Below, one piece after another: positions 30,751 to 43,891 of a stretch of DNA of 64,000 nt. The first letter of the stretch is position 1, and the number at the start of each line of letters is the position of its first letter. Below the pieces are notes generated by a model, which saw only the letters and a program-made list of their open reading frames with translations, was not told the origin of the DNA and searched no databases. Source of the DNA: Eledone cirrhosa (Eukaryota); NCBI GenBank assembly GCA_964016885.1, contig OZ024741.1, forward strand, positions 348,936,001-349,000,000, read 5' to 3'. The position numbers and the translations under genes are program-made.

Positions 30751-32078
30751 TACATTCTTATGATTCTGGAAATTTCCATCGCTAATAATACATATTTTCT
30801 CTATATGTATTCACTCCTAAATATACAAAATGTCTACAGCAAGCTCCTGTTTATAATACATTTCATATTCAGCCTCTGCTACTACACGAACTATAACCTG
30901 TAAATAAACCGTTATGCCTACAATAATCGAGAGTATACCCTCCTAAAAAGCATTATCGCCATAAAGTCGTGCCTACCATTTCATTTAAAATCACCACCAC
31001 CAACACCACCACCCAAATATCCAAATGCATTCATACAACTACTAAATGAGATATGGCCCATCATCTGGCGGGCTGCAAGCGCTAATTTACATTCATGCCC
31101 ACATTAAAAAAGGGCCGTAACTCAGATTGTTTTGATTTGTTTCTTCAGAATTCACACACGTTGTTTTCCTCGATCGTAAAAATGAGAGAAAGATAAATTG
31201 CGACTGAAATTTTGGGGTAAAAAAATCAGAAAGATTTCACATGGGTGACTTTGGCGAGCCATTCAAAAAGCTTCGCGAGCGGCGGGTTGCCCATGACGGT
31301 TCTAAACATTCAAAGCATAAATAGGATGCATATTTATAAGTACTGATGTTTTGTTGCTATGGGTGTTGTCGGGTTTGTTTTCGCGTACGATAGAAAAGTA
31401 TCTCAAATTTCAATTTGGTCCTTCAATTGGAAAAGAGATCATTCTTTCTCCAAACAATTGATTTTCTTTTCATAGCAAAACTAATATATTTTTGGTGCTT
31501 GTAATGTGTTGTTGTAGTTATTGCTGCGGCTGCCGTTCTTGGAGGTGACAGTGGTGTTGTTTGTAGTGGTGTTGCTGATAGTGGTGGTGGTGACGGTGGT
31601 ACTCGTGTTGCAAAGTATATATTCACTCTTGATTTAGTAAAGATATGCTCCCATTATCCAATGTCTATATACTATCTAAATCTCATGTTATAATAAGCTA
31701 GGAATGAGGTTTTGAAAATGTTTAGCTCCTATTTGCAATAAGTCACGACTAAGTATCTCAGTGCTAATTAACTAGTGAGAATATTATAATTTTTCTCTTT
31801 TTGTGTTTAATGCAACCCATCTTTTCTATGCCCATCTATTCACTCCCTAAATCAATCAACAAAATGTTTCGAACTCTATATCATAATTGTATTAAATTTA
31901 CTAATTTTTGACTATCCCACTTGATGGTTTGAATACTCACAGGATAGGTGCCGAAATGGCAGTTATGTATGTTTATATGTATGAATGTAATAATATATAC
32001 ATGTATGTATGTATGTATGTATGTATGTATGTATGTATGTATGTATGTATGTATGTATGTATGTATGTATGTATGTAT

Positions 32079-32686
32079 GTCAGGTCACCAGTTGGTGCTA
32101 CTGGTAACATGTATCCCAGTACAACCTGTCTCTTGGTCGGGTCGTTGGCGACTAAACTGGCAACCCCACCAAGGTTTCTTGGTGAGGAGGGTGACTTTGG
32201 ACATCCTACAGGACTAAAAACAAAACCTGTCAAAGGGCAAAGGAGCTCTTAAGAGTCAATAGCCATCCAAAATCACCGGGAGAGATCACCCCTTAGCCTT
32301 TGTCAAGGCAGTATTCTAGGAGAAGGAAAACTCTGATATAACACCTGCAACCCTGATGGTATCCAATGATGTTGACTTGTTCTTCTTTTTGGTAAATATC
32401 ATCTTTGTTAAGAGAGTGGGACTGGCTTTTTGCGGTGCCTTTGCTCACTATAAAAGCTTCACGGCACAGGCATTGCTTTATATCTGGAGATCTCTCTGCA
32501 CTTGTCGTCACATGGTACCATGGGCCCAGCACTATGTGTCAATAATTGTCACAAGTATAGCGTTTGTACCAGAGTTTTCAAGTCGCTGGCTGGACTAAAA
32601 AGTCACACTCGTTCAGCGCATCGGTAGGGGTTCTCCTACATGGATATAAAGTAGTGGCCGTACTCGAAAACGAGTTGGCAGCCACC
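32079..32686 (+). mobile_element. ~610-bp non-autonomous RTE-like retroelement in (ATGT)n
   Basis: Near-identical inverted copy at 62514-63122; RTE 5'UTR-like GGAGAAGGAAAACTCTGA motif; 3' hairpin CTCG-aaaa-CGAG then (ATGT)n. Confidence 0.7.
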
Positions 32687-32771
32687 ATGTATGTATGTAT
32701 GTATGTATGTATGTATGTATGTATGTATGTATGTATGTATGTATGTATGTATGTATGTATGTATGTATGTA

Positions 32772-34660
32772 TGGTGTATCTCTCGAAGCGATCAGTGTCT
32801 ACATTGCATTAACGTGCCCTAAGTGTGGAAAAATTTGTTTGAGGAAATCTGGTTTCACAAGCAATATCGCAGCCATGTTCAAAGTGAACCAGTGAACTAT
32901 GATCTCCATGGTATTGTGAAGGTTCATAGGCAACCTTATGTAAGACCTGAGGCCAGAGAGATCCAGAGTTGTCGTCAATGTGAGGAGTGCAAGTCTCTAG
33001 CAGGCTTGAAAAGCCATATGCGAGCGTCACACATCGGAACCTAACAAGCGATTGCAATACTCTTAGCAGAGTTTGCAGCCATCATGTATGTATGTATATA
33101 TGTATGTATGTATGCATGTATGTATGAATCGATGGATGGATGGATGTATGGATGAATGGATGGATATATGCGCGAAGCCATACAAATAATCGGTTTTTGT
33201 ACCGAGCCCACCGAGAATGAGAAACCCCAAGTTCTTGATAGGACATCATTCTACGAGAAGGAAAACTCTGATGTCAAACCTGCTGCGAGATCACAGCCAA
33301 TGTTGTTGACCGGTTCTTCGTTTGTGGTAACTGTCACCGTTGTTCAGAGATTAGTATTGGTCCAGCCCAAGGCCTTCCTCCACTTTACAAAAAAAGCTTC
33401 AAACATTGTCATAACTTGATATAAACGACTTTCACATGCATTGCATGAGCATAGCCCTTTCTCTTTTCTTTCACTGCAGTATATGCAGAAAAAATCTAAG
33501 TCCTTGGCAGTATTAAAACATCATGTTCGTGCCACCCTTGTATGAGAAAGTGGTCAAGGAATGGCAATTCTCGAAACGGAGATGCAGCCTTTATGTATGT
33601 TGTTAGCTACTGTCAGAGAGTGGGATTGGCTCAGTGCACAGTCTTTCCTCACTTTAATAAAAATTTTCACGCACAGGCTTTGCACGATAGCATGAATTGA
33701 TAATTATTAATAATGTTATATCATGTAATGGCCATACTCGATAACGAGGGGGAAGCCATCATGTATGTTATCTCTTTCTCTTAATTTCGAGTATATTTTG
33801 TTGACCGGCCACCTTCCTGGTGGCAAGATTGTAAAAGAAAAGAAATTGTCATCCTTTGAAACGCAAGAATGTTTTGCAAATGTTGAAGGTGCCAGCTATC
33901 GCAGCCATTTGTAGACTATGAATTAGGGAGCTGCGCTTTTTGTCCGCAAATCCGAGTTCAGTCATACTTTGGTCCAAGCGGGTTGGTATATAACCCGTAG
34001 CTCCAATAATGATGGGTATGAAGCTAAAGGTGTATCTTGGATACTGGATTTGTAAACTCCTCATCAATGGTCCGTAGATGTCCTCCTTGTCCTGTATTTT
34101 TCTTACAACGTTTACATCAAGTGGGAAGCTGATCTCCACAACAGAACACGTTTTCAATGTGTGGTCCCAAACAACAATATCAGGCTGGTTGTGCTTTAAT
34201 TTGGTGGCAGTTTTTATTTTCAGGTTCCACCAGTATTCCTTAGTGCCATCTGTCTCAATATATTCTTCCTCGTTTGTTGTTAATTTTGTTTTCCGAAGTG
34301 CGTTCCAGATGGTTCTAGCTATCCCATCGTGTCTCATGAGGAGGTAGTAGCGAGATAACATTCTTTCGCAGCTGGCAACAATGTGGCTTACATCCTCGAT
34401 CTTTGTATGTATGTATGTATGAATGTATGCATGTACTCCATTTAGTTCTCCTTTTGGAGTAGTGTTTTCTATGCTCAGAGAGTGGGATTAGTCAAGTGCA
34501 AGGCCTTTTCCCACTTAAAAAAACCTTCAAAACACAGGCATTGCTTATTCAGGATCTGTTACAGATTCGTGTGGCTAGCCGTAGACTAAAAGTGCACCAT
34601 TTTCTGTAATCTGACAAGCGATTGCAATACTCTTAGCAGAGTTTGCAGCCATCATGTATG
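32772..34660 (+). mobile_element. Stack of RTE-like 3' ends
   Basis: CPKCGKIC and CRQC..CKSLAGLKSH zinc-finger remnants; four related tails ending ...GCC(ATC/TTT)ATGTATG at ~33080, 33590, 33760, 34652. Confidence 0.6.
33849..34405 (-). mobile_element. R4/Dong-like restriction-like endonuclease C-terminus
   Basis: HIVASC..RHD..NQPDIVVWD..VVEISFP..PIIIGATG. Confidence 0.85.
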
Positions 34661-35615
34661 CATGTATGTAAGTAGGTATGTATCTATGTATGACTGGATA
34701 GATGACTGGCTGGATGGAAATGTGGACATGACTGGGTGGTTAAGACATACACATCACAATCAAGCAATGTTGGATTCGATGCCACAATGTATCATCTTGT
34801 GGAAGGTTTGTGAATAAATTTCGTTGACTGTCAATTTTATCACAGTGTCACACACTCATTTTGTCTGATGATCACCTTAATGTCTCCATGTGTCTGTGGA
34901 ATACTCAGCCATATTTCAATGATTATGTTGTACAGTTGATAAAAATAACTGGAAGAGTCATTGTCGATACCGAAAGACATCCATTTAATTTTACTAAAAT
35001 ATATGTGTATGTATCCATGCATGTATGCTTGAATATATATATATATGCATATAATCATCTATGTATATATGTATATATATATATACATGTATGCATATAA
35101 TCATACTTGTATGTGAGTATGTAATCATACTTGTATTCATGGATGCATGGATGTATGTACGTACGTATGTAGTGTGTTTGTATGTTTGAATGTATATAAT
35201 GTATTATGTAGGTAGGTACTATACGTTTGAACATATATGTGAATGTAAGCATATTTACACACCATCTTAATTACAAAATAAATATTCGAATGCAAAGTAA
35301 AACGTGATAAAGTTAATGTTGTATATGTATTGATTTGTCTATTGAAGAGAAGCTGTTTATTTAAAAGTTCGTCTTTGTTTTGTTATAATTTGACAGCGTT
35401 GTCTCTATGACAGCACCCGGATGACATCGCACATTCCCCACCGCCTCAGGCGAAGGGTTCTCGGGTATCAATATTAAAATCTTTTCAATGTGTCCAAACA
35501 TTCGTTATGATTTCCGATTTGACATCGTGCTAAAATTAGAACTTAACAAACAACATTGTTTATAGTTGTGTCATAATATTGTTCTATTTTTTCCTTTTGA
35601 ATGTAAATCTCCAAG

Positions 35616-35714
<99 letters not shown>

Positions 35715-36482
35715 GCAACAGTGTATTTTAGTTTCATTGGATTATACACTCCAACTCATTCAGACCGTTATATAAAATTAAAATGGCTACCGCCACACAA
35801 TGGGTTCAAACCTAGAACACCATGTTTCTGTAGAGAATCTCCTTTACCATCTGGTTATGCGGTATCCACATACATACAACGTGAGATGCAGAGAATTGGA
35901 AGAGTGAGAGAGAGATAGTGAAAGAGATAAAGTGAGAGAGTGCGAGCGAGATTATTTTATGCGTCTGCTTACATTATTCTTTCAACATATTTCAATTATT
36001 TTAATAACATAATAACAATAAAAATATGAAAAGAATTGAACGAATATTTCCTCATAGGCAGTTGACATAAAGATATATACTCACACGGAAGAAATGTATA
36101 ACAAAGAATATAGCTTGCAAAGTTGTTCTCTGCTTTGAGTGCATCTTCATTACTAGGAAGTCACCATAAAACTCGTATCTCAAAGAAAATTATGTATTTA
36201 TATATATTATATACTTCTTCTCTATAAACTTTAAAAACTGTTATAGTTTATATCAGGACATCTTAAAACAGAAAATCACTATGATGCTCAGTAGACTATA
36301 TTTACTCCAATATAATAACTAGATAAATTGAAAGCTTATCCATTTAAAATATTCCAAAGCATTTATATATATATATATATATATAAATGCTTTGGAATAT
36401 TTATTAATATTCGAATATTATTAATACTCGAAAATATTACATTCATTGTATTCAGCCATGTAGAGCGATAATGTGTTGCTGG

Positions 36483-36529
<47 letters not shown>

Positions 36530-36694
36530 ACTAGCAAAACGTTATCGCTCTACGTGGCTGAATACAATGAATGTAATCTGAGTTTTTCGAATATTAATAA
36601 TATTCGATACCTTTGCAATTATGCAAACTGCCTTTTTTAAGCCATGTCAGTAGAATGAGCCCATCATTCTTGATCTTGTGTTGGCATGTAAACA

Positions 36695-36745
36695 AAACTG
36701 CAGACATTAATGTTTCAGGGTCATTACCCTTCATCAGTGCAGTTT
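36695..36745 (-). ncRNA. Canonical type-I hammerhead ribozyme
   Basis: AAACUGCA CUGAUGA AGGGU-aaug-ACCCU GAAA CAUUAAUG UC UGCAGUUU; 8-bp stem I, palindromic stem III, GUC site. Confidence 0.85.
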
Positions 36746-37010
36746 ACTGTTCACCTGCCAACTGTCAGAGCTAGTGAAAATATACGGTATTTTCTAAAAT
36801 ATACAGTGACTGATCTGCCTGATATGCATATTAGCAGACTGGCTGGTCAGTCATATCTGCATATTAGCAGATCCACTGATCTGCCAGATTTGCATATCAT
36901 ATATATATATATATGTTTATATATATATAAAGAATAAGAAGCACCAGCTCTGCGTGAACCCCATTGCATCGAGGTAAAGTCTATACTTAATAATAGCAAC
37001 ACTGCTATAT

Positions 37011-37094
<84 letters not shown>

Positions 37095-37399
37095 CGCTTA
37101 GTGTACCAGCGAAATATATTTGCATTATATATATGGCTTAAATTACCAGTAATGTACTGGGTAATTGCTGGCCTTGTGCCTAAAATAGAAACAATTATAT
37201 ATATGGCTTGAATTGTTTTTGGTCTACTTAGTTTAATGGCACACTCTCTAAAAATTGAACCAAAAATAAATGATATCAAAAGAAATAAAATATATATGTT
37301 TTAAATTCTTGAAATCTAGTTTTTAAATAACGCTAGTGGAATCCTGCTTTACTTTTCTTATTATAGTATAGAAAATATTTATATCAACAGCTAAGTAAA

Positions 37400-38580
37400 G
37401 CTGAAGATCTTCTTGCAAGCACACTCTGTTGTAGTTTGTCTATGCATATCTACCATAAATTTCTATTCGGAGAAATGTCAACCTTCTTGACAATATCGTG
37501 GGCTGGGCTATTTTGGTGCATGTAGATATTCGGCATTATTTCAACTTTATAATTCCAGCTAACAACGGTTGTTAGTATTTGGAAGAAGACAACCAATTTC
37601 CAGAATCCCAGATTCACAACGGAAAAAATATTTTTCTGAAATATATGTACCCTGAATGTTTTCGATATCGTTACTCTACACATTGTAATGCTCTAAAACT
37701 TATTTATGATACAGTCTCCTGCAGAGCCAAAATACCCTGTATATGGAATGAGATCTTCCGGATACGCAACAGATGCAATCAGGCTGCCTACAGACATGCC
37801 AGCGTGGTGGATTTCAAAGGATTTATTGCTGAAAACAGCTACCTTACTTCTCTCACAAACCACCAAAATGCCAAGGCAGTAACATGTAAAAGAACAAGGA
37901 GACGTGACCCTAAGGATAATATAAGGTACCTAAAGCTGCCATATTTCAATGAATATATGACAGAAGCCATCAGAAAAGCCTTCCGTAGGGAGGGATTGAA
38001 TATTCGGCTGGCTCACTCGGGATCCTCAGTGAAGAGACTGCTCCACAGACACCAACGAACATACAGCGATATATATATGCACACTTCCTAATTGTCCCAT
38101 CAACAACGCAAAAGTGCGCATGAGAATATATGTGGTCTATAAGATCACCTGTAAAACATGTAACTCCTCAGACATCGGATATACCATAAGCAGGCTACAC
38201 ATTCGTATCAAGGAACACGAGAAAATTAAAGCCTCTTCTTTTAAAACAAATCTTAAAATTTAAGGATTATGAAGACCATTTTCATCAATCGAATAAAACC
38301 AGAAATGAATAATAGGTCAGAAATGCACTGAGAATGGCTACTGTAGCAATTCCGCGCATGCGCATGCGTTTTGCAAACACATAGACCATTTCGGGTCGAA
38401 AAGTCCGATCGATCTTTTGTCTTGGACTGTTTCAGCTTTGTGTCTGAAATAGCCCTAAAATATCATGCTTAAAATACACTGGGTAAAATATTACTTTGTT
38501 TTGTTTCATTTGTCCTTCGTATTTTACTACCGCATTATTCCGGTTTTTAAAAAGGATCATCGGTCTTTTACTATGTACAA
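37400..38580 (+). mobile_element. 5'-truncated decayed Penelope element (non-Naiad type)
   Basis: LKLPYFNE thumb/linker; VVYKITCKTC..IGYT..RLHIRIKEH GIY-YIG; 3' pLTR ends in (TA)n. Confidence 0.75.
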
Positions 38581-38643
<63 letters not shown>

Positions 38644-38653
38644 AGTAAGTAAG

Positions 38654-38748
38654 ACCCCGACGGCTGAGCTCAAGCCGTTTCGACGGCTAATTCTGTACTG
38701 AATGAAAAATCAGTTCTGGTATGTAAATAGCCGAACTTGTCAAGGGGC
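38654..38748 (-). ncRNA. Type-I hammerhead, U3-A8 core variant
   Basis: GCCCC UUGACAA G..CGGCUA/UAGCCG.C GAAA CGGCU-ugagcuc-AGCCG UC GGGGU. Confidence 0.75.
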
Positions 38749-39084
38749 AATTCCATATATGGTCAAAGAGATAATCACCAGGATTGGTCATCCCACAAGG
38801 TAGTAGTAATTCAGCGATAGCAAGTTGGTGGGGGAGGTAGCCAAACCTGCCAGTAGGAGAAAATGGGAGAGAGGGCGGAGTAGACCCATTCATGCGTTGG
38901 TGGTGCCAGCTACAGCTGGGTGTGAGGTCAAAGAGGAAGCAGGGGAGGGGGAGGGGGAGGAGGTCAATACGGTAAGTAGAACGATGAAGATGTAAATCTG
39001 TAAAAGGTACTGAGAGAGAAAAGAAATATGAGCGGAATCTGGTTACTAAGAAATAGGCTGAAGAAATACATAAATAAGTAAAAA

Positions 39085-39400
39085 AGAAATACAAAAATAA
39101 TATTCCACATAAGTAAATAAGAAATACAAAAATAATATTCCACATAAGTAAATAAGAAATACATAAAGAATATTCCACATAAGTAAATAAGAAATACATG
39201 AATAATATTCCACATAAGTAAATAAGAAATACATAAGTAATATTCCACATAAGTAAATAAGAAATACATAAGTAATATTCCACATAAGTAAATAAGAAAT
39301 ACGTAAATAATATTCCACATAAGTAAATAAGAAATACATAAGTAATATTCCACATAAGTAAATAAGAAATACGTAAATAATATTCCACAAGAAATACATA
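39085..39400. repeat. 35-bp minisatellite, 9 copies (4 copies at ~41762-41915)
   Basis: TATTCCAC recurs every 35 bp from 39101 to 39381. Confidence 0.9.
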
Positions 39401-39786
39401 AGTGAGTAAATAAACAAATAAGTGAGTAAAAGGATGGATAGATAGATTTAAAAAAAAAATATATATATATATATATATAATGTAGAATAAAGAGAATAAG
39501 AAAACAAATGATAATGATAGAAAAAAAAACCTAGGTGTGACGGAAATAAAGGGACCCTTATGCGGGGTATAAGTGCGTGTATCGTACGGTGACGGGTCAA
39601 CAGAGGGGGGGTCGGAATACTACAGAGACCACCACGAAAAAAATAAATAAATAACGGTTTCTAGCCCAAACACCGGGCCAGCAACCACCCAGTGCAAGGA
39701 AGTAGACTAGTACGAGAATGTAATTCAGGGTCCCGCAAAAAAATACTGGTGCTAACTCTAAGGGTACCGCCACGAAACATAGAGAG

Positions 39787-41168
39787 CAGTTCGACATAGA
39801 GAGCTACCACGCTTCAATCACCTTACCGCTACTCACTGCCGCCTTGGACTTCGCCGAAGCACTTGTGCCCATCACCGACCAGGAAAGAAAAATCATCCTC
39901 CACGCCAGGAAGACAGTCTTACTCTTTGACAACTCCAAATGGATAAAAAGAGCTCCCGACTCACCCTTCGACGTCAGCATGGGCGCTACCGACTCGGCGG
40001 AGGTCACTGATCTTATAAGATTATTCCTGATAGCCAAACTCACCGATATGTTTCCGGCTTTTGGTGGTGGATTGTACCGTGATGATGGGCTCCTTACCCT
40101 TAAGGGGTACAACCCCAGTAGTACAGACCGGGTTCGTAAACAATTATCAGCTTCTTCCGCGACTGGGGATTTAAAATAACCCTACAGACGTCCCTGACCC
40201 GAGTTAATTTCCTGGACGTTACCCTCGATCTCAACAATGACCTGTACTACCAATACAGGAAACCCAATGACAACCTGCACTACATCCACCGCCGATCTAA
40301 CCATCCCAGGAACATCACCAACAACCTGGTCAAAAACATCTCCCTCCGTATATCCCGTTTGTCAGCTAATGAGAGGATATTCGATGAGCACGCGCCTTAC
40401 TACAACCAGGCCCTCAAGCGGAGCGGTTTCCGGGAGGAAATATCCTACTGTCCAGCTCCCATTAGCGGAACCTGCAGGCGACACCGCCGCTCACGAAATG
40501 TAACATGGTTCAATCCTTCCCACAACGCCGAGGAGACAACTCCCATCGGGAAAATTTTCTTTAGGCTCATGGAAAAACACTTCCCACCACAACACCGCTA
40601 CCACAACATAATTAACAAAAATACCATCAAACTCTCTTACAGCACTACACCTAACTTCGCGCAAAACATCGTCTCCTCCAACAACAAAAAACTCAACCCC
40701 GATGGAAGAAACAACCCAAATAGCAGTGGAGAACCGACCAGGAGGTGCAACTGTCCTGATAGATACAGATGCAGAGACCGTAATGTGATCTACCAGTGCA
40801 ACGTGAGCACGGACACCTCCAACAAAGCTTATATAGGATTGACCGCATGCGACTTCAAGACCCGGCTATACCAACACAGACATACCTTCCGAAACCCGGC
40901 CCGGCGTCACGCCACCACACTTTCGGGCTACATATGGGACCTCAAGGACAACAACATCAACTATGATCTCACTTTGAAATTACTGTCCAGAGCCAACTCC
41001 TACATGGGAGGACGCCGTCCGTGCAATTTATGCTCGGAGGAAACATTACAAATGATGTTTTCGACGGACCAACTCCTTAACAAGAAATATGAACTGGTTA
41101 CTGCATGTAAACACCGATTACGTAGGACTTACCTCGCCCTCAAACCCCATAATGACCCGGGGGGGTAG
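39787..41168 (+). pseudogene. Penelope RT + GIY-YIG, 5'-truncated, one frameshift near 40140
   Basis: FDIESYHASI, MGATDSAE, GLYRDD, NFLDV, WFNP, CNC, VIYQC..YIGLT..FKTRL, CNLC, LNKK..CKH. Confidence 0.9.
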
Positions 41169-42162
41169 CCTATAAGTCCCCACTTGCCTATTTTGTAATG
41201 GGTAACCCCTGCTTGCCTATGGAGACGTAAGATCTTCCTTTACACTTTTTTTATCGATCCAGTATCTCTTTCTTCTTTTTCCCTTTTTCCCTTTTCTCCC
41301 TTCTTCCTGTATTATTTTTCCGTTCTCTATTTTTAATTCGTACGACTTTTCTTGTAGCTTGTATAAGACATTTTGTTTCGTGGCGGTCCCCTAAGAGTTA
41401 GCACCAGTATTTTTTTGCGGGACCCTGAATTACATTCTCGTACTAGTCTACTTCCTTGCACTGGGTGGTTGCTGGCCCGGTGTTTGGGGTAGAAACCGTT
41501 ATTTATTTATTTTTTTCGTGGTGGTCTCTGTAGTATTCCGACCCCCCCCCCCTCTGTTGACCCGTCACCGTACGATACACGCACTTATACCCGTATAAGG
41601 GTCCCTTTATCTCCGTCACACCTAGGTTTTTTTTCTATCATTATCATTTGTTTTCTTATTCTCTTTATTCTACATTATATATATATATATATATATTTTT
41701 TTTTTTTTTAAATCTATCTATCCATCCTTTTACTCACTTATTTGTTTATTTACTCACTTATGTATTTCTTGTGGAATATTATTTACGTATTTCTTATTTA
41801 CTTATGTGGAATATTACTTATGTATTTCTTATTTACTTATGTGGAATATTATTCATGTATTTCTTATTTACTTATGTGGAATATTATTTTTGTATTTCTT
41901 ATTTACTTATTTATGTATTTCTTCAGCCTATTTCTTAGTAACCAGATTCCGCTTATATTTCTTTTCTCTCTTAGTACCTTTTACAGTTTTACATTTTCCT
42001 CGTTCTACTTACCGTATTGACCTCCCCCCCCTCCCCTGCCTCCTCTTTGACCTCACACCCAGCTGTAGCTGGCACCACCAACGCATGAATGGGTCTACTC
42101 CGCCCCCTCTCCCCTTTTCTCCTACTGGCAGGTTTGGCTACCTCCCCCACCAACATGCCATC

Positions 42163-42362
42163 NNNNNNNNNNNNNNNNNNNNNNNNNNNNNNNNNNNNNN
42201 NNNNNNNNNNNNNNNNNNNNNNNNNNNNNNNNNNNNNNNNNNNNNNNNNNNNNNNNNNNNNNNNNNNNNNNNNNNNNNNNNNNNNNNNNNNNNNNNNNNN
42301 NNNNNNNNNNNNNNNNNNNNNNNNNNNNNNNNNNNNNNNNNNNNNNNNNNNNNNNNNNNNNN
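42163..42362. other. Assembly gap (200 N)
   Basis: Run of N. Confidence 1.
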
Positions 42363-42747
42363 GCTTACTGCGCAGTAAACTGAATCTGTCTCTTATTTTA
42401 AAGCAATACCTTTCCTATGGATACCTTAACCAAAGTATATTGTTGGCGGGTCTTCACCCTGAGTGTAACTGCATCTTTATCCCATCATCGGGGAGTCTCT
42501 GAAAAATGATAGTTCTGCCCTTCCTCCACTGAATTGTACGCGGTAAGGCATAAGGCTGAAAAAGTTCTCTTTGTAAACATATGCTCCAAGCTCGGTCCTA
42601 CTGTATGGCATCATAGGCAAATGTCGCTTGCCTCAGGTAAACCCTTGCCTTATGAATTAAATTGAGTGGAAAGAAACTCTCTGGAAACGCGTCGGCTTAA
42701 CTGTACTTATAATGCGAAAACCCAGCCTATGGAATCAATTATAATAT

Positions 42748-42920
42748 AATTGTTTCTGCTTTTGGCACAAGGCCAGCAATTACCCAGTGCATCACTGGTA
42801 CTTTATTCTATCGACCCCGCAGGGGTGAAAGGCAAAGTTAACCTCGGCAGGATTTGAACTCAGAATGGCAAGGGCCATAACTCTATGCGTCAAAGCATGG
42901 CGCCCGACCTTCTACCGATA
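42748..42920 (-). mobile_element. tRNA-derived SINE
   Basis: Same family as 61089-61300. Confidence 0.8.
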
Positions 42921-43864
42921 ATGGAATCATATAATGATTATATGATGGAATCATATAATGATTATGTTTCCATCAATTACTTATTGTATTTCTCCTATAT
43001 AGATTGTTCTATTCAGAATATCATACTAATTCACTGTTATGTTGTCCAAATCCTAAAGAAACGCCTGAACTTAGTAAGATCTAATAAATACTATTAGAAA
43101 CGGTGGAGACAAATAGTGGACCTACATTCGACCTCGGAAAAAGCAGTTATTTTAATTATTTTTATGATAAACTACTGACTGACAGTACCAAAGGAATGAG
43201 GACAACATGTTTTAGTTGAAGTCTTCTTCGTTGAATTTGGAAATATAGTATAGAAAACGAAAACAATATATCCCCCCCCCCCTCTCGCTCTCTCTCTCTC
43301 TCTCTCTCGCTCTCTCTTCCTCTCTATCCATCTATTTATCTCCGTCTCTTTTCATTCTCTCTCTCTCTCTCTCTTTCACCCTTGCTTGCATTCTTTTTTT
43401 CTCTGTTGCCCCCACATCAATCCTATATATAATTCTCCCGCTAATTGTCGAAAGAATTACTGGAAGTGATCTCCCCTGAATAAATTTGATCCAAGGGACG
43501 CAACTTGTTTAAACTCAAGAATTATTTAAATCTGATGGATAAATGTTTATGAACTTCGTTCAGTCTGCGTTAATAACTGAATGATTATTTAATTTATGTT
43601 CAATATATATATTTCATTTTGGTGCGGAAGGCGGGGGGGGGGGGGGGATAATTACAGTTTAGGCTGCTTTAAAGACAAGACTCTTTGCCCCAGTACATCA
43701 ATAGTATAACAGGGGAGTGTTCATGCATACAGTATTTCATATATGTATGTGCGCTTGTTTGTGTGCGTGTATTTTAATGTGTGGTATTTTCGGTTGTGGA
43801 GTTTATGTCATGCTCTCTTTCATCGCTTTCTCTTTTAAGTACAATAAAAAAAAATTCAACTTAC

Positions 43865-43891
43865 GTCATTTCCTAAAATAATGTCGCATAT
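43865..43891 (-). CDS. Candidate 27-nt ferritin micro-exon (ICDIILGND)
   Basis: Acceptor poly-T-CCAG, donor GTAAGT, phase 0/0, open frame; resembles the ICGFV part of the snail yolk-ferritin insert (recalled, not aligned). Confidence 0.6.

Larger units (their letters stand above)
38642..42162 (+). mobile_element. Young Naiad-like Penelope element with inverted 5' pLTR
   Basis: The inner part of 38642-39779 is the reverse complement of 41374-42162 (right arm runs into the gap); RT/EN body lies between the arms. Confidence 0.9.

Noticed and set aside
36085-36180. Minus-strand EDALKAE segment with a GTGAGT donor as a later ferritin exon
   Set aside because: In-frame TGA just upstream, and downstream residues do not fit ferritin helix C.
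39085-39400. CRISPR-like array
   Set aside because: Units are contiguous 35-mers with only a few variable bases; no unique spacers, no cas genes, eukaryotic context.
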